Origin: an uncultured Barnesiella sp.
Lineage (GTDB): Bacteria > Bacteroidota > Bacteroidia > Bacteroidales > Barnesiellaceae_A
Direction of reading: 5' to 3'
Assembly: GCA_944321085.1 (NCBI GenBank)
Contig: CALUJY010000005.1
Span: 40,123-104,122 of the forward strand
Length of the DNA stretch: 64,000 nt
Each line of letters opens with the position of its first letter. Position 1 is the first letter of the stretch. Made by a program: the position numbers and the translations under genes. The notes beneath the pieces were generated by a model that was not told the origin of the DNA, searched no databases, and saw only the letters and a list, made by a program, of their open reading frames with translations. This document shows, one piece after another, positions 59,942 through 64,000 of the stretch.

Positions 59942-60330
59942 ACATAAAGCTGTTTTTCAGCAATAAAGAGCAAATATTTATCGTTTCAGCATTGATATTA
60001 AACGCTTTTTCAGTACCTTTGTAACTGACTTCCGAAAGGTTGTCAGACATAAGAGAACGAAGAGCGTTATTGAAACTCGCCTTGTTATCAAATTCTCGCA
60101 AAATTTGAATACGCAAAGAGGCCGGGTAGCAACAACGCTCACGCTACGGATATATACTATCCTGAAAGGGAGAACTATATACCTCGCAAGCGTGAGTGGC
60201 TGTTGCTTACTCATTTGCGTAGGCAATGCGAGAAGCCTGATAACTGAGTGAGCATAGATACAGTCCTCACGCTTTTCACATTTAATAACTTAGCCGTTCC
60301 AACGGAGGATGAGGGACATGGGGTAAGATT

Positions 60331-60744
60331 ATGCTGACAATCTGCATCAAAAAGTACATTGCTACAATTTTCGTAATAATGCTCACTTGTTCATGTGCAA
60401 GTGCACAGACTTTTGTTGTTACTGATATTGCTGCTCCTGACAATATACCTGAAAAGCACGTTCAAGAAGCACGAGAAAAGGTTATTGGAACAGAAGTCTA
60501 TCTCTTATTTTCAGATAATGATGTACGAATGACGGCTAAGCCAAAAGGTGAGAAAGCCGAATCAATGGTATTACAAAAGATTAGTGATGATTTATATCGT
60601 GGAGAAGATGGACGTGAAGTGTTTGATTTAGAATTGAATACTCTTTTTAGCTATATTAAGTCATGCAAATTTACCATATATGATAAAAAACACTCTGGCT
60701 CGTCAATGGTTTGGGCTGGGACTATAACTCTTAAACGCAAATAA
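60331..60744 (+). CDS. hypothetical small lipoprotein
   Basis: Signal/lipobox-like 'IFVIMLTCSCASAQ'. 137 aa with no motif recognised. Confidence 0.55.
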   Translation: MLTICIKKYIATIFVIMLTCSCASAQTFVVTDIAAPDNIPEKHVQEAREKVIGTEVYLLFSDNDVRMTAKPKGEKAESMVLQKISDDLYRGEDGREVFDLELNTLFSYIKSCKFTIYDKKHSGSSMVWAGTITLKRK

Positions 60745-60756
60745 TAGCAAAGAACC

Positions 60757-62220
60757 ATGAAAGCAAGTTTCTATTTTGTGCTATGGCATTTGGTAGGGTT
60801 GCCTGCTATCTTGTTGGATATACCATTTCTTAATGAATATGGATTCTTTTTCGCTTGCATTATTGTCTTTTTTGCCGACCGTATTATTAGGAAACTTCTC
60901 AAAAATCAAATAGAGTATCAACAGATGTGTGAAGTGGCATCTATAATGGAAATGGCTTACAATAATGATTATAAGAAATATAAACAACAAGCACTGCATC
61001 AGATGATAATCTATACAGCAATGTTTGCTTATATGCTGCTGTATTTTATCGCTTTGTTCACATCGTTTTCTAATGTTCCGCTTATAGATTATATCCTATG
61101 GGGCGCATTTATGATATTAGCTGGCATATCGTCTTTATGGCATATTAGGCTTTATTTACAGGTAAGAAAGGCAGGGTGTGTAATTTTGGATAAAGGACTT
61201 CAAGAGATTTACCAATCTTATAAGGATGAAAGAGGCACTTGCACTTATGAAGAAATGTTATTACCACGCCCCAAACATTACAAGGCAATAAATACAGCTA
61301 ATACCATTTTTGCGATACTTAGCATAGTCATTGGATTACTCACAATTACAATTTTATATACTTATAGGGGTGAGCTTAATTCTAATGCTGAATTAGTAGA
61401 AATTTCTTTGATTATTTACGGTGCGCTTGCTTTCTATTGTGGAATAAAAGACTTACTAAACACTTCAAACAGTCAAAAATATCTTCTGCTGTTACTTTCT
61501 TGCATTCTTGTAGTTTTATTATATATTCCGTTCACGAGTTATTTGAACAAAACTTTTTTAACGGCTTACATTGGAGATGATTCCAACTTAAGTTATGATG
61601 CAAAATCTAATTTAGTACAAGAAATAATAAGAGTAGATGAAATAGCAAGTTTTGAACCTACATATTGTAGAAAGCGTTTCATTCTCGCATTGTCGAGTGA
61701 AAGCCAAAGAAAACTACTTGAAAACATTATAAGGGTTAATGCTGAATATCGAGTTGTTTATAAAGATAGTTTAGGAAAGGAACAGGCTATAACCATAGCA
61801 CCAAGCGAATTAAAAGAGATATATCATCAAACTAAATCGTACTTAGATATATTTCTTGGAATAATAAAGCTCGATTTAGGTGAGAATTCCACAAAGGTTT
61901 ATGACGATGGAGAATATATCATAGTCGAATTGTGGGAAGGTGAAAATGTGCCTTATCCAATGCAGTCGGAACAAACAAGAATCTCGACATGGCTTGCAAA
62001 TTTTGCAAAAGAATGGGCAGAAGATTACAATATTGCATCTTTTAATAGAGGACTAAAAATGCGCCTCATTTTTAACAATCATCGATTCATTGAAAACACT
62101 TTAAGTCTTGAAGAAATCAAAAAGGCAAAGGAGAATATAGATTTAAAAGAATCCAAAGAGGCTTTTGACGGTCTTATTAATATGCTTTCAGGTAAATCAA
62201 CTGAAAATCAACATAAATAA
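60757..62220 (+). CDS. hypothetical polytopic membrane protein with soluble C-terminal domain
   Basis: About 7-8 hydrophobic helices in the first ~270 aa, then a ~210-aa soluble region. Starts 12 nt after the previous stop. Confidence 0.65.
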   Translation: MKASFYFVLWHLVGLPAILLDIPFLNEYGFFFACIIVFFADRIIRKLLKNQIEYQQMCEVASIMEMAYNNDYKKYKQQALHQMIIYTAMFAYMLLYFIALFTSFSNVPLIDYILWGAFMILAGISSLWHIRLYLQVRKAGCVILDKGLQEIYQSYKDERGTCTYEEMLLPRPKHYKAINTANTIFAILSIVIGLLTITILYTYRGELNSNAELVEISLIIYGALAFYCGIKDLLNTSNSQKYLLLLLSCILVVLLYIPFTSYLNKTFLTAYIGDDSNLSYDAKSNLVQEIIRVDEIASFEPTYCRKRFILALSSESQRKLLENIIRVNAEYRVVYKDSLGKEQAITIAPSELKEIYHQTKSYLDIFLGIIKLDLGENSTKVYDDGEYIIVELWEGENVPYPMQSEQTRISTWLANFAKEWAEDYNIASFNRGLKMRLIFNNHRFIENTLSLEEIKKAKENIDLKESKEAFDGLINMLSGKSTENQHK

Positions 62221-62225
62221 AAGAG

Positions 62226-62648
62226 ATGCGGCACATGAAATACGTTAGTCTTTTATATATGTTTCCTTTACTATTCATTGGAGGCTGTGGCAATAAGCAA
62301 CAATCAACAAAAACTGCCATAGACAATCTTATTGTTGGCAAGTGGGAAATGATAGAATATGCAGGTGGTTATGTAAATGCACTTGACACACTTAGCTTTT
62401 ACAAGAATGGCAAGGCTGACTGCCCACCTGAAACGGGTGAATTTACCTACCGCTTTATAAAGCCTGATTCGTTGATTATCTATAATAAGGGCTTTGGAGA
62501 ACAGCATTACAAGATACTCAAACTTTCCAATGACAGCCTTATAAAACAGATAAGGCGGCAAAGAATATATGCTGACAGCATAGACGAACTTGTAAATGGA
62601 GATATTGAGAAATACATACGAGTAACAGATAGGCAGTACCTTTTTTGA
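62226..62648 (+). CDS. hypothetical lipocalin-like lipoprotein
   Basis: Lipobox 'LLFIGGCGNK' followed by 'LIVGKWEMIEY…', typical of small beta-barrel lipoproteins. The start is 62226 or 62235. Confidence 0.6.
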   Translation: MRHMKYVSLLYMFPLLFIGGCGNKQQSTKTAIDNLIVGKWEMIEYAGGYVNALDTLSFYKNGKADCPPETGEFTYRFIKPDSLIIYNKGFGEQHYKILKLSNDSLIKQIRRQRIYADSIDELVNGDIEKYIRVTDRQYLF

Positions 62649-62729
62649 AAGAAACTCTGTTTTATAGGGAGAATTAGAAAAAAGTACTCAGTGATAAATA
62701 CTACAATGACATTGCATAAATTTTAAATT

Positions 62730-63608
62730 ATGAAAAAGAATCATTTTTTAGAAGTAATGAGGAAGCATTCGGATGATGGATTGTTGGAAGTTTTGTTTGT
62801 TGAAAATGTGCTGTTAAAATTTAAAAGGACAATAGCCATTGTTTTAAAAACAATGCTATTGCTAGAAGGATTTGTCTTGCTTTGCAGTTGCAACTCCAAA
62901 AAATCTTCTTCAACTATCTTGTTAAATGACAGTCACTCTCTTACGACATTAAAAAATGCCACAAATACTCAAAAAGGCATAATAGAAACATGGTATGGTG
63001 AAGCTATCAGAAAACCAGCAGAAAAAGTTCTTCCATCAAACAGATATGATAAGGAAGCTGTTGAGAAACTAAGAGACAATCTTTGGCTTGATGTTCTGAT
63101 GCAATATAACAGAAATACAATTATGCAACATTTTAGACAGTATCATAATGCGGTTAATGGTTATCTGAATAATTATATAAATGCTAAGTTTTATACTCAA
63201 ACTACTCTTAAATCTTTAGAGCTAGAAGAACTTGAATTTTCATTGGACACCTTTAGGATTGATGAAACTTGCAGGTTGATGATGTTAGAAATTCCTATAG
63301 ACGACAATTCCATTTTGGGCTATTGCTATTTATATAGATTCTATGCGGAAGACTATCTGATATACAAATACTATATTAAAATTAAAGAAATTCTCAAGGA
63401 TGAAGATAGGAACAAGTTAAGATTAAGCCAAGAACAATGGGAAAGTTCCTTAAATGCTGATTGGGAGCTTGAAAATACCGTTATGAATAGTAAATATACA
63501 GGCGGGGGGAGCATTTGGAAAAATCTCACTTATGTAGATAAAAGGTCACGTAGTGAGTTTCTATTTAGAATATATAAACATCTTAAAGCCTGTCTTTGTA
63601 AAAATTAG
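62730..63608 (+). CDS. hypothetical lipoprotein, C-terminal DUF1311/LprI-like segment (tentative)
   Basis: Hydrophobic segment with 'LLCSCNSKK'. The C-terminal 'LRLSQEQWESSLNADWELEN…GGGSIW…' resembles the lysozyme-inhibitor LprI-type helical motif. This is a weak call. Confidence 0.5.
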   Translation: MKKNHFLEVMRKHSDDGLLEVLFVENVLLKFKRTIAIVLKTMLLLEGFVLLCSCNSKKSSSTILLNDSHSLTTLKNATNTQKGIIETWYGEAIRKPAEKVLPSNRYDKEAVEKLRDNLWLDVLMQYNRNTIMQHFRQYHNAVNGYLNNYINAKFYTQTTLKSLELEELEFSLDTFRIDETCRLMMLEIPIDDNSILGYCYLYRFYAEDYLIYKYYIKIKEILKDEDRNKLRLSQEQWESSLNADWELENTVMNSKYTGGGSIWKNLTYVDKRSRSEFLFRIYKHLKACLCKN

Positions 63609-63657
63609 AAGGAATTTTCTTGTTCCTATAGATAAATATTAAATTCAATCAAAACAG

Positions 63658-64000
63658 ATGAAAGCCGTAATTACATTCATTGCCATACTCTTTGCTTTAT
63701 CCGCTTGCAATGTCAAGCCTGACAAGTTAGCCAATCCCTTTACCAAGGAGGAACAGGAGCAGTATGTAAACACTTTATCTTTATATCTTCAAGCAGGTTC
63801 CAGCTTGATTGCAGAAAGGAATCAGTTCTTCCAATTCCTATTGAAACACATAGATGCAGAAGAAAAGGATTCTGCTTATTACATGGAGAACATAGCCCAT
63901 GTGGATTCAGTCATTCATAAGGCTATCGGATTAGTGGAACAGGGCAATACAGACGATTTGCTTACTTTACTTGAGCAGGAAAGATACAATATCTATGCAC
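63658..64000 (+). CDS. hypothetical lipoprotein (3'-partial at window end)
   Basis: The ATG at 63658 gives MKAVITFIAILFALSACNVKPDK… (lipobox). The frame is open to the window edge. It is not in the ORF track because it has no stop. Confidence 0.5.
   Translation, partial: MKAVITFIAILFALSACNVKPDKLANPFTKEEQEQYVNTLSLYLQAGSSLIAERNQFFQFLLKHIDAEEKDSAYYMENIAHVDSVIHKAIGLVEQGNTDDLLTLLEQERYNIYA

Larger units (their letters stand above)
57794..64000 (+). mobile_element. genomic island inserted at the 3' side of tRNA-Phe (continues beyond window)
   Basis: An AT-rich stretch starts right after tRNA-Phe. It contains an integrase remnant, a small tyrosine recombinase and a cargo of unrelated small lipoprotein/membrane genes, all on the + strand. 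The right end is not in the window. Confidence 0.6.

Noticed and set aside
59978-60226. 82-aa ORF on the - strand in the recombinase-cargo spacer
   Set aside because: The translation is implausible: Val/Leu/Arg-rich, with no start context. It overlaps the region with extensive RNA-like pairing.

Overview
The window reads as a Bacteroidales-type chromosome. Evidence: TAnnTTTG promoter motifs upstream of tRNAs and genes, a T9SS C-terminal sorting domain, a DUF4492-cydAB cluster, and DUF1599/BT_3928-like/tpiA synteny. Most of it is ordinary housekeeping on both strands: an OM beta-barrel, a TPR protein, pectate lyase, fucO, cydAB, tpiA, folE, pepC-like, rarA, zupT, clpB, a beta-lactamase-fold hydrolase, thioredoxin, GNAT, M23 peptidase, mltG, GT2, an ompA-family gene, DJ-1, trmD, ruvC and metH. 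There are three tRNAs: Ser-GCU, Ala-GGC and Phe-GAA.

Two visibly AT-rich accessory segments interrupt this backbone.

(1) About 38.7-46.7 kb is an island with no integrase. All genes are on the + strand: a frameshifted XRE-HTH gene, a WYL-domain regulator, an SF1 UvrD-like helicase tightly coupled to a 589-aa protein with no motif I recognise, then a retron. The retron consists of a ~230-nt ORF-free segment bracketed by exact inverted repeats (a1/a2-like) directly upstream of an RT that carries the retron-specific NAxxH and VTG motifs plus YADD. The RT stop overlaps the start of a 295-aa ORF carrying an RNxxxH (HEPN-type) motif. I consider this the best candidate for an undescribed defence system: a retron with a HEPN-like effector, possibly working with or next to a WYL-controlled helicase/unknown module.

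(2) About 57.8-64.0 kb, continuing past the window end, is an island at the 3' side of tRNA-Phe. It holds a truncated integrase, a small stand-alone tyrosine recombinase, a 13-bp perfect inverted repeat, a structured 450-nt non-coding leader, and a same-strand array of small lipoprotein/membrane genes. This may be an orphan-immunity, recombinase-associated array.

Minor observations: degenerate ~44-bp tandem repeats beside tRNA-Ser, an orphan promoter+terminator pair (candidate sRNA), a (GTT)8 repeat encoding Asn8, and an OM-barrel gene remnant.

All product calls come from motif recognition in the supplied translations. No database search was possible.
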